Shown: one piece after another, positions 9,014 through 18,267 of the stretch | How the letters are laid out: each line of letters begins with the position of its first letter | Numbering within the stretch: the first letter of the stretch is position 1 | NCBI RefSeq assembly: GCF_000142905.1 | Contig: NW_013657668.1 | Location: 1 to 46,994, forward strand | Source: Thecamonas trahens ATCC 50062 | Taxonomy: Eukaryota; Protista; Apusomonadida | Reading direction: 5' to 3' | Length of the DNA stretch: 46,994 bases | Position numbers and translations under genes: made by a program | The notes under the pieces: model-generated | The model's input: the letters and a program-made list of their open reading frames with translations, nothing else | Told to the model about the DNA's origin: nothing | Database searches by the model: none

Positions 9014-11651
9014 ATGCGTAGCATACTACTCTTACTTCTACTGGGCCTCTGTGCAACCGCAGTTTCCGGGGCGAGCATGCTACGGGGCATCCCGGTTGTG
9101 TACGTCGCCGTCGTCCACGTGCGCTGACAGCAACACGCAATGGAAGCTGTGATCGATAGTACACTCACGCACCTCGCCCCATCCCTTTCTCCACGCCACT
9201 CCCACACGCAGCGCAACGTCGTATGCTACAGAGACCCCGCAGCCGCTCGGGCGGTGCTCTGACAACAGTCACTGCGACATCGGATCCGTCTGCTCGCCGC
9301 ACGGCTCGTGTACGCCGCGCGACGCCTGGCCGGCCGATACAGACCCTGTTGGCATCCGATGGACGCTCTACGCCGCAGTAGCGGCTGTTGCACTTGTGTT
9401 CTCGTACTTTTCGTTCACTCCGCGCGTGCCGATGTTGCGATCCCCGGCCAACCTCTTTGCTGCGATGGCCTGCGCTCTAGCAGCCGTTTTTGTCGTCTCG
9501 ATCCTTCTCGACCCGACTCCCAGCGTCCATGTCGCGCCTCTCTCCCCCGAGCTCCTGGGCAACGCCACATGCGTCGAACGCTACGATCCAAGCTGTGCTC
9601 CGTTTGTTTGTGAGACCCGGGCTGGCCACTGTCTCGCCAGCTGCTCCTCGCATGTCGACTGCACCGATGTTGGACTCGCCTGCGTCGGCGGCGAGTGCGT
9701 CGCTGCAACCTCGCTCACCTCTCAGGCGGTCTACACCTGGCGAGTGATCCTGACGCGCGTGGTTGGTATGTTGGCCCTTGTTGGGCCGTGGGTTTTTGTT
9801 GACATCTTTGTCGCTCGCCCATACCTGTACAGCGTCGACTTTATCGCCGTCCCGGTCTACGCCTTCTTCGCCTGCCTCTGGCTCCTTGCTACCGCCTACA
9901 CCGCTTCGTCTGTCGGCTACGTGCACACGCCGCCGCAGTACGAAAAGTATTCAACCCGCTACTTTATGTGGTCGCCTTCGGTGCCGTTGGACCTGGGCGA
10001 AGATGCGTTTGCCTACTTCGCCTCGTATGGCCTCATCGCCCGCGCCGTCGCCACGCTTCTGCCATCGGCAGCTATGGTACTCGCAACATCCTGCACGACT
10101 CGGCTTGTTGGTGCCCGCGCTTACCGTCTGCGTGCTCTTCCGCTCACTATCGCTGTCGTTCTCTCCATTGCTAGCGCCGCACTTGGCATTCCGCCGCCAA
10201 CTGTGTTTGTGCTCGTCGCGCTCGTTAGCAGCTACATGCAGCATGCCTGGGATGACTCGTCGATCCGGCTTCCGGCAGCCTTTTTTGCGCTCGCCGTCTT
10301 TAGCTACCCAGGCGCGGTCATGCTCGACTTCATGACCACCATGCCATCTGAAGTCACGCTTGGCTTTGCGCTGCTGCTGGCCCTGGTGGCGGGTCTGCGG
10401 TTCCGACCCAACAATCGCTCAGTCCGGGCGTGGCACTGGCACCGTGCCGCTATCCTGGCCGTCACCGTATCCATCGCCGTTGTCATGTGCATCACCTATG
10501 CCCCCTCCAAACCGCCGACGGATGGCCTTCCATGCTCGCCGCAGGCCATGTCACACTGCTACCCGCTGCGGTGCGAGTATGCGGCCGGTGCATGCATCAG
10601 CTCGTGCGCCGGGAGTGACGAAAACTGCATCGCCGGCTTTGTCTGCTCCGACGTCAGCGGCCGGCCGACCTGCGTCCCTCTCGTTGATGCCGAAAACCCA
10701 GAAGCCGAGCACTCCAAATCGTGGCTCTATCCGTTCTCGATGGTCCTCGTCCTGCTCGCCAATCTTTGTGCGGCAGCGGGCTCGATCTGCTTCGTTTTTG
10801 TCGCTGGCCCACGGCTCTCCGTTCGCGCCCTCGTCGCTGTTTCTGTCGTTGCGCTTGGTCTTGCTCTTCTCTTCTCGCTGTTTGGCATCAACATGCTCGC
10901 GCTGCCGACCTCGTTCATCTTTGCTCTGTTCTATGACTCGATACTCACCGCGACAACAATGGCAGTCACGCTTGCGTCGTCGCTCGCCACTGCGGCGACA
11001 ACTTGGCTGTCGGAGCCTGACGCGGTCGTCGTGGCCACACCCAGTGCTGCGACATCCAACGCAACAAGCGTCGAATGCGCCGCCACCTTTGCCGTCGCCT
11101 GCTTTCCGTTCACCTGCGACGTGACTGCGGCCGCGTGCAAGAGCGTCTGCGCCTCCGATGCCGAGTGCTTCCTCTCGACTTTGTGCATCGACGGTGTGTG
11201 CCAGGCGAGCGCCACCGCCGAGCTTGCAGTCTCGGGCTGGACAGTTGCGGTGCTTGTTGCCGCATGCCTTGCGTTTATCGCTGTCTCGGCCCTGCTCCGT
11301 GCGTGGGACTCGGTCGGCTACGGCACGGTTGCGCTGGGTATGATCATCGGCATGCGCGTTGCCATCCGAAAGCTGCCGGGTGTCTCGGTCGTCGACAAGA
11401 TGGGCGACGTGACGACTAGCAGCGACTACGCCACCATCTACGAGGTCGCCCAGGCTCCGCTCGCGTTCTTCCGCTCACCTCGGGCTCTGATTCCGTCGCT
11501 AATGCTTATCTTCTCGCACAAGCTGGCGATTACGGTCGTCACCACGTACCTGGCCTTGGGTGCACTGCGCGGCAGCCGGTACTTTCCCGAGGCGCCTTGT
11601 GGTTGGCCGCGTACCTGTTCCCGAAGCTCCGCTGGGGGACTGCTGCTTTGA
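9014..11651 (+). CDS. N-terminal part of a multipass membrane protein with extracellular 8-Cys modules; probably one gene with the RBR ORF downstream
   Basis: Signal-peptide-like MRSILLLLLLGLCATAVSG at 9014 (5' exon structure unresolved); frame open from about 9210; many hydrophobic segments alternate with C-x7-CxP(F/L)xC-x6-CxxxC-x5/6-C-x5/6-C-x4/8-C modules. Confidence 0.7.
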
Positions 11652-13707
11652 TTGCATGGCGTACGCTCGCGGTATACCGTGCCGACGTGCCCGGTGGCCT
11701 CAACCCGCGGCGCTCGCTGTCGCGTGCCCACCGCATCCGCCGGGTGGCGTTGCTGCTGCTCGGACTTGGTGCTGCGCTGGCGCCCGAGCTTCACCGGCCT
11801 CGTCCGGAGTGAGCGATCCTGTACGTGCGCCGTCAGGCGTGAGGGCGACTGCCTTTGCCGGCCACTCGCTGCAGCCGCTGCCGTTGCTGGAGGGAGCTGG
11901 CGTGAATTCTTCGAGTGCCGAATGCAGCGCCGAGCTTGACGTCCGCTGTGGGCCTGCCTACAAGTGCGATGTCGTGGGAGGAAAGTGCCTTTCGTCATGC
12001 TCTGTGCACGCGCACTGTTGGCCGATGCACGCGTGCGTCGACGGCGACTGTGTCCCACTGGGTGGTCCTGAGCCGAGGCCGTGGCTCGTCGGCACGCTCA
12101 CCATCACCGCGCTGTCATTGTGCGGCGTTGCCGCGGCCCTGTTTGTCACGCTCCGCGTAGGAGCCCGAGCCAGGGGTGTGATCCTGGGTGTGAGCGTGTT
12201 CGTGGCGACAATCATTGTGGTCGCCGCCGGGCTTGACGTCCTGGGCACATCGCCTGATCCGCTCTCTTCACGAGCGGTGGCAAGCTCGGCAGCGAAGGAT
12301 GCGCCCGTGTGCTCTATGGTGCTTGACTCAGTCTGTGCGCCTTTCCGGTGCCACACCGGGCGTGGCCGTTGTGCCAGGGCATGCGCCGCCAGCAGCGACT
12401 GTGGACCGGGCTTTATCTGCGACAAGGCAAGCAGGGCGTGTGTGGACAATGACTTGCGCCACGGCTGGCGGTGGGTATTCTACCTCGGAGCGACCGGCGT
12501 GTTCTGGTGGGTAGTCCTGGCCGTGATTCCGTGGCTGCGGCGAACAAGGCAGTGGTGGCACGAGCGCGAAGCGCGCCGCAGGCTTGAAGCCATCGAGGCT
12601 GAGCGCGAGGCCATCAAGGCCGAGATCGCGGCCAAGAAGCGTGCGCACAAGCACCGCCTTGACATTGACGTGCCTGTGGTCGATCCGACCGCCCCGCGAT
12701 ACGATCCATCCAAGCCGACGCCGCTGTACCCGTCGCCGCGGACAGCGGCAGCAGTGCGCGCGTTCTTCTCCGGCGACGACCACGGCGCCGACAGTGCCGG
12801 CTTGTCAGCCGCCGCCGACCTGGTTGACGACCCGAACGCGGTCTTTCGGCACACCGACTCGGCATGCTGCGTCTGCTTTTCCGACACGGTGGCGGTGCGG
12901 ATGCTGGGGCGCGCGTGCCGGCACGGGTTCTGCGACGAGTGCGCTGAGCAGGCGCTCAACACCATTGTGGAGAGTGGCCAGTTCCCGGCAGCGTGCCCGG
13001 GCTGCCTGGCTGATGGCGGCATGGCAGCGCCTGTCGAGACAGCCTTCATCCCTGCCCACGTCATCGAGGCGCTGGTTGCCCGTGGCGTGCTCTCCATTCC
13101 GTTTGGCCGCAAATTTGTGAGTCAGCAGGTCATGCACGCCTTTGACCGCTCGCAGTTTGTCTGCTGCCCGATCTGCGACCTCATGTGCTTCAAGCCGAGC
13201 TGGGACGACAAGGTTGTCGAGACCATGGTTGAGCCGTGGCGAGTCGAGTGCCCGGCATGTGAGTCCGCCTTTTGCATCAAGTGTAACGAGTACTACCGGG
13301 GGCACGCCGGGCTCACTTGTGAGGACTTTGAGTCCAAGACCCAGCGGGCGGCCGAGGCTGCGTCGATGGGCCTCATCCTCCAAACCGCCAAGGCTTGCCC
13401 ACGGTGCGGAACCGGCGTCACGCACTGGGCCGGTCACGGTTGCCACCACATCTCCGGCTGCTGCGGCTACGATTGGTGCTTTGTCTGTCTCGAGCCTCAC
13501 CCGTGCTCGCGCGTCGGCCACGCCCTTTTTTGCGACGACGGCTGCGGCTGCGTCCCGTGTCCGATCTGCCGCCCAGGCTCGCCGTGCGACAAGTGCCCTG
13601 GCGGCGATCGCTGCCCAAGCTGCTCCGGCGTCGCACCCTCCACGGCTCTCAATCCGGTCGATGCCCCAGACGATGCGGGCATGATAGACCTTGTGGACGT
13701 GATATAG
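11560..13707 (+). CDS. C-terminal part: two more 8-Cys modules, TM helices, coiled coil, RBR (RING1-IBR-RING2) E3 ubiquitin ligase and Cys-rich tail
   Basis: RING1 CCVC...CRHGFCDEC...CPGC; IBR CPIC...CPACESAFCIKC..HAGLTC; RING2 KACPRC...GCHHISGCCGYDWCFVC with the catalytic Cys position present. Coding-like sequence starts at about 11800. Confidence 0.85.
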   Translation: MHCAAAGTFPRRLVVGRVPVPEAPLGDCCFDCMAYARGIPCRRARWPQPAALAVACPPHPPGGVAAARTWCCAGARASPASSGVSDPVRAPSGVRATAFAGHSLQPLPLLEGAGVNSSSAECSAELDVRCGPAYKCDVVGGKCLSSCSVHAHCWPMHACVDGDCVPLGGPEPRPWLVGTLTITALSLCGVAAALFVTLRVGARARGVILGVSVFVATIIVVAAGLDVLGTSPDPLSSRAVASSAAKDAPVCSMVLDSVCAPFRCHTGRGRCARACAASSDCGPGFICDKASRACVDNDLRHGWRWVFYLGATGVFWWVVLAVIPWLRRTRQWWHEREARRRLEAIEAEREAIKAEIAAKKRAHKHRLDIDVPVVDPTAPRYDPSKPTPLYPSPRTAAAVRAFFSGDDHGADSAGLSAAADLVDDPNAVFRHTDSACCVCFSDTVAVRMLGRACRHGFCDECAEQALNTIVESGQFPAACPGCLADGGMAAPVETAFIPAHVIEALVARGVLSIPFGRKFVSQQVMHAFDRSQFVCCPICDLMCFKPSWDDKVVETMVEPWRVECPACESAFCIKCNEYYRGHAGLTCEDFESKTQRAAEAASMGLILQTAKACPRCGTGVTHWAGHGCHHISGCCGYDWCFVCLEPHPCSRVGHALFCDDGCGCVPCPICRPGSPCDKCPGGDRCPSCSGVAPSTALNPVDAPDDAGMIDLVDVI

Positions 13708-13908
13708 CTAGTCCGCTCTTGTTGCTTCCGTTGTCAGACTCTGCTGTCGCTTTGCAGCAGGCGTGTGTGTGTACGCCCTCGTCCCCACCTCTATCGCCAC
13801 CACCCCTCTCCCACACGCATACATACACACATACATACATACATACACCCAACACCCATACATACACGTACACACCTCATCCCAACACAACCACGCACGC
13901 ACACATAC

Positions 13909-14658
13909 ATGTCGTTTCTCGCCACCACACTCGGCACGTTTGCGGTGCACGAGGCCGGGTGGCTGGCAAGCAACCTGCCGTACCTTGTGGCCGCCGATCG
14001 TGGATGGTGGGAGGCATACAAGGTGGTGCGAGTGGGCAAGGCGCGCGAGCCTGGATCGGACGAGCGATGGGCGCTGTTCTGGACCATTCTGGGCGATCAC
14101 TTTAAGATGATGCTGCCACTGCTGGCACTCGCGTACTACCCGCTACTGGCGCACCTCTTCACCGCTGATGCCATGCCGTCGTGGCTCGAGGCGCTCGCGG
14201 CGTTTGTACTCTTCAACGTTGTCGAGGACACGCTCTTCTACTGGGTTCATTATGCGCTCCACGTGCCGCGACTGTACAAGGCCATCCATCGCAAGCATCA
14301 CGAGCACGTGGTCACGTTTTCGCTCACCGGCGAGGTCTCGCACCCGCTCGAGTTCCTCGCCAACATCCTTGTTCCGCTCATGGCCGGCCCTGTCCTTCTT
14401 GTCCTTGCCTACCGCAAGGTCCACCTTGTCGAGTTCTGGGTCTGGATCGTATTCCGCACTATGCGCGGCGCCGACGCCCACTCGGGCTACCAGCTCCCGT
14501 TCCATCCGCTCCGCCTTCTCTCACCCATCTACGGTGGGCCCGCCTACCACGACCACCACCACTCCATCCGCGGCCGCCAGACCAACTTTGGCGGATACCG
14601 GTTCTGGGACTGGCTGTGCGGTACATACTCGCCCGGGCCTGCCGCCAAGGCCGCTTAG
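13909..14658 (+). CDS. Fatty acid hydroxylase/sterol desaturase superfamily enzyme, C-4 methylsterol oxidase (ERG25/SMO)-like
   Basis: His boxes HYALH, HRKHHEH, HDHHH; EDTLFYWVH, HPLE, DAHSGY, WDWLCGT. Confidence 0.9.
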   Translation: MSFLATTLGTFAVHEAGWLASNLPYLVAADRGWWEAYKVVRVGKAREPGSDERWALFWTILGDHFKMMLPLLALAYYPLLAHLFTADAMPSWLEALAAFVLFNVVEDTLFYWVHYALHVPRLYKAIHRKHHEHVVTFSLTGEVSHPLEFLANILVPLMAGPVLLVLAYRKVHLVEFWVWIVFRTMRGADAHSGYQLPFHPLRLLSPIYGGPAYHDHHHSIRGRQTNFGGYRFWDWLCGTYSPGPAAKAA

Positions 14659-14877
14659 CCTCTGAGATCCATTCGCTCGCTCAAGCTACTAAGGCTGTTC
14701 TTGACCTTGACAGCTGCAGTACGTAGCGCTCTTGCATAACACACGCTCCTCCCGATCCATGTCGTGTAGCGCTGCAGTCCGGGGCGTGCCCGCACGCCGC
14801 AGAACACCGCACGACGAAATCCGACGTCACCTGTCGCTAGCCGCAGCCAACCGAACCAGGCCCTCCAGCCATCCAGA

Positions 14878-16683
14878 ATGGACGAGGCCGGCCCGTCGAC
14901 TCGAGACGGGCTTCGACTCACGGTACATGATCTCCCTCCCGAGCTCATGCTTCACATTTTCTCGTTTGTTGACACTGCCACGCTTGTCCGCCTCCGGCGC
15001 GTCTGCTCGACCTGGCGCTCTCTCGCAGAGGACAATGCTCTCTGGCGCAAGCTGGTGACCGGCACGTTTGAGCGATGCGGGCACCAGATCAATGGCAACT
15101 CCGATCTGCGGCCTGCTGCAGAACTGCACCTGGCATCAGTTGTCTCGCGCCACTTCCAAGCTGTCATGGCTGCCAATCCCGACCTGGCTGCCCGCCGTCC
15201 CGACTTGGATCGCCCGCTCCCGCCTTTGCTGGCTGCTCCCGCCGAGCGAGCGCGATCCTCCGTGGCTCGTCATCACGAGAGCGAGGAGAGCAGCGCAAGC
15301 CGGAGCAGTAGTGATGCCAATAGTTGGGTTGATGTCGCCGGCCTAGTCATGACCTCTCGCCAAGTGCGGTCGTTGTCCGACAGGGAGGCGCCGCGCGGCC
15401 CCCACCCGCCGATTACTTCGACCGAACACAATCCGCAGCAGTTCTTCATCAACCACACGCTTCCGGAGGAAGCGATGGGTGACTTGTTGGCACCGGTAGC
15501 AATGGTGTCTCAGGCGCAAACGCAGGATCGTCCGTTGCTGAGTGCCGAGATTGTGGCGCAGTTTGTGCCGACGCCTGGGCTCAACTCGGTCTACCGCGCG
15601 GTCGACGCGATGGCGATCAAGTCTGAAGACGCGCTTGTTGCGTGGCGGACGAAGCTTCGCGAGGAGCGGTTTGGCGAGTTGTTTGCCCTTGTGTTTTCTG
15701 TCATCATGCTTGCGTCGTCGGTCTTTGAGTGTGTGGCGATCGTGCTCCTTGCCGACGGCATCGTCGACTGGTCCTGGCGGGTTCTCGTTCCGATTGCCGT
15801 CTTCTATGCCCTCCTTCTTCTCACGATTCCATTTGATGTTGGATCGAAGAGTCCAGGCGGGGCGTGCTTTATGGCGTGGATGGTAGTCTGGACGCTGCTT
15901 GCGGTTGTCACCTTCTGCTGCCGTGGCGACAATGTGGTGGTCGGTGAGTGGACGCCACACAGCGTGTACCTTCCGCTCAATGCCGCGCTTCTCCCAATTG
16001 AGTTGTATTGGGGCATGATTTCAGGCGCGATGCTTGTCGAGGCGTTTCGTTCGCGCCTGCGCGGGCTCGCAATCCGTGTGTACTACGTCTTTACCGGCGG
16101 CGCCATGCTCATCCCACTCTCCTTCCTCATCCAGTGGCAGATCGAGTTTCCGGGCAGCAAGGTGACCTCGTGGTGGCACGCTCTGACGCCGTTGATTGTG
16201 GCGGTGTGGATGTTTGCGCCGACATCGACCTTTGTGCTCTTACTCGACGCCGCTGTGCTTCAGCTCCCAATTGCGACCGACGGTGTCCTGTCCTTTGTCG
16301 GCTGCATGGGAGCCATGTCGATCTACGGCGGCATCTTTGTCACGGTCGCCACCAACTCGCTACACAATAATCAGACGCTGGCGTGGGCCTTCTTTCCGGT
16401 CTTTTTCATCCAACTCTACTCGCTGGTGGCCATCGGTCTCATGAGCTTTGAGTCGCGCGCCTTCTACGGCTGCTGCCCGCGGCCGTGCATCCCGCTCTGG
16501 CGGACGTCACACCTGGGTGACGGCTCGTGCTGTCAGCCGCCGGTGACTCCACCCGCCTCGATTCTACCACGATCCGCAGCCTGGGCCGCCGTCGCCACCT
16601 CCCTTGATCGGCTCGCAGTTGCCAACCGCCCTGCATCTGCCCGCTACGCGTCCGACTCCGCGTCGCTGAGCGATGTCGTGTGA
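14878..16683 (+). CDS. F-box protein with C-terminal multipass membrane domain (TMEM185/FAM11-like repeats)
   Basis: F-box LPPELMLHIFSFVDTATLVRLRRVCSTWRSLAEDNALWR; about 8-9 hydrophobic helices with W.W....P motifs (DWSWRVLVP, WTPHSVYLP, SWWHALTP, WAFFP). Confidence 0.85.
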   Translation: MDEAGPSTRDGLRLTVHDLPPELMLHIFSFVDTATLVRLRRVCSTWRSLAEDNALWRKLVTGTFERCGHQINGNSDLRPAAELHLASVVSRHFQAVMAANPDLAARRPDLDRPLPPLLAAPAERARSSVARHHESEESSASRSSSDANSWVDVAGLVMTSRQVRSLSDREAPRGPHPPITSTEHNPQQFFINHTLPEEAMGDLLAPVAMVSQAQTQDRPLLSAEIVAQFVPTPGLNSVYRAVDAMAIKSEDALVAWRTKLREERFGELFALVFSVIMLASSVFECVAIVLLADGIVDWSWRVLVPIAVFYALLLLTIPFDVGSKSPGGACFMAWMVVWTLLAVVTFCCRGDNVVVGEWTPHSVYLPLNAALLPIELYWGMISGAMLVEAFRSRLRGLAIRVYYVFTGGAMLIPLSFLIQWQIEFPGSKVTSWWHALTPLIVAVWMFAPTSTFVLLLDAAVLQLPIATDGVLSFVGCMGAMSIYGGIFVTVATNSLHNNQTLAWAFFPVFFIQLYSLVAIGLMSFESRAFYGCCPRPCIPLWRTSHLGDGSCCQPPVTPPASILPRSAAWAAVATSLDRLAVANRPASARYASDSASLSDVV

Positions 16684-16775
16684 CGGCAGCCGTGAACGCC
16701 CATCCAGTACACACCCGTTTGCTTTACTCACTGCTGATATTGCAGCCGGCCCTTCGCGACGCCAGGTCGCCATCA

Positions 16776-17183
16776 TCACGTCTGCTGGGTCTGCTCCAGC
16801 AGCAGCTGCTCGCGGGCCAGCGAGTCCAGCCGCTCGCAGGTGAGCATGTCGGTGAGGACCTGGATCTTGAACTCCAGCAGGCGATTCTTGTTCTTCAGCT
16901 CACGGTTCTCCCTCAGCAAGCGATCAACCGCCTCTGCCTCCTCCCCACCCAGCCCCTCGCTCGACTTGATCGAGTCCGGCACCCTGCGCATCCGCTTCTT
17001 CCGCCTCCGTTGCGAAGCCGTCGACGTTGTCGACACGTCCATGACCGTCACCCAACCCGCGTCACTGCAATCCAAGTACGAGCCCGCTTCAAGCCACACT
17101 AACCACCGTTTCCGACCACGCCCTCCCTCGCTGTTGGTGTGCGACAAGTGTACCCTCCCGCGGCAGCTTGAGTCCAAGCCCAA
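16776..17183 (-). CDS. Chibby-family coiled-coil protein (basal body/ciliogenesis), 5' end uncertain
   Basis: LLRENRELKNKNRLLEFKIQVLTDMLT resembles Chibby LEEENNLLRLKVDILLDMLS; LEAGSYLDCSDAGWV resembles LAGQSLKFENGQWI. First in-frame ATG is at about 17042. Confidence 0.55.
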   Translation of the reverse strand: MGLDSSCRGRVHLSHTNSEGGRGRKRWLVWLEAGSYLDCSDAGWVTVMDVSTTSTASQRRRKKRMRRVPDSIKSSEGLGGEEAEAVDRLLRENRELKNKNRLLEFKIQVLTDMLTCERLDSLAREQLLLEQTQQT

Positions 17184-17280
17184 GCCTAAGCCGCCAGCCC
17201 AGGCCGCCAGACCTGGCCCGTCGCTCTCCGCTCACCGTCCACCACACCCAACTCCCGAACCCCCCCCCCTTCCAAACCAA

Positions 17281-17281
<1 letters not shown>

Positions 17282-17364
<83 letters not shown>
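17282..17364. repeat. (CA)n microsatellite, about 41 units
   Basis: Perfect dinucleotide run between the divergent Chibby-like and ATG101 genes. Confidence 0.98.
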
Positions 17365-17365
<1 letters not shown>

Positions 17366-17487
17366 ACCCCCCTCCCTCTATTCCCTTCACCCTCGCCCTC
17401 GCCCTCGCCCTCGCCCTTGCCCTTCCCACTCCACCTCACGCAAAGTCGGCGACCAAACCGGTGGTGTTCCACAAAGCCAGGCACGCC

Positions 17488-18267
17488 ATGAACTTTGCGG
17501 CGTTCAGCCTACCGCTGGTAGTGGTGGATCGATCACGGGCGCCCGAAGTTGTCCGTGCTCTGCTCCACACAGTCCTGTTTCAGAGAACGTTTGTAGAGAG
17601 TGATGGCTCGGACGCAGTCGTTCCGGTCCCGGTCGACATGGACCTCGGACTCAACATCTGCTATCTCATGTCGCCACGCAACGAGGATGACGTGGATGCG
17701 CAGGTCGCTGCCTTTGCCACACGCATCAAGGCTGCGACGGTGCAGATGCTCGAGGTGCCGGTGGCTGAAGCCGAGGTCATGCCGCCGTCGACATCGTCCA
17801 CTGAGGGCGACGCCGCTGGTCCGCGCGACGCCACCGGCACGCGCCTCCGCTCGGTCGAGGGCGTGGCCGATGCTCTGCAGATCTCGTTTATCGAAGGCCG
17901 GCGCAAGAAGGTGCTGTTCTGGGAGCAGTCGGACTATGTCCAGTGGGAGCGGTGGACGCTGTCGCTGGTAATCATCGAGCTGCCGCAGTCTTCCGAGGCG
18001 CGCCTCGAGTGGCATGCCATTGTCGAGGCCTCTGTCCGGGCGGCCCTCGTCGCTATTCTCGACCGTGTCGCCGCCAAGCGCGACCACCTGCCGTCGCTCG
18101 ACAACATTGAGCCAGACTCGGGTCACGAGTTCAAGGTCCTCCCGCCTGAGACTGCTCTTGCGTCGGTCTCGGGCGCCACCGTGCCGGCGTCGCCGCCGGC
18201 GGCATCGTCGTCGACCTTTGCCTTTTTCCGCTCGCTCGGCTCGTTCAAGCCGGGCGACCGGGTGTAG
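17488..18267 (+). CDS. ATG101: Autophagy-related protein 101 (HORMA domain)
   Basis: EVVRALLHTVLFQR, ISFIEGRRKKVLFW (WF-finger region), VQWERWTL, KRDHLP. Confidence 0.85.
   Translation: MNFAAFSLPLVVVDRSRAPEVVRALLHTVLFQRTFVESDGSDAVVPVPVDMDLGLNICYLMSPRNEDDVDAQVAAFATRIKAATVQMLEVPVAEAEVMPPSTSSTEGDAAGPRDATGTRLRSVEGVADALQISFIEGRRKKVLFWEQSDYVQWERWTLSLVIIELPQSSEARLEWHAIVEASVRAALVAILDRVAAKRDHLPSLDNIEPDSGHEFKVLPPETALASVSGATVPASPPAASSSTFAFFRSLGSFKPGDRV

Noticed and set aside
16840-17487. Long N-terminal extension of ATG101 including poly-HT; similar extensions on the PCGF and sterol oxidase ORFs
   Set aside because: These are translations of CA microsatellites and upstream DNA; homology begins at the downstream ATGs.
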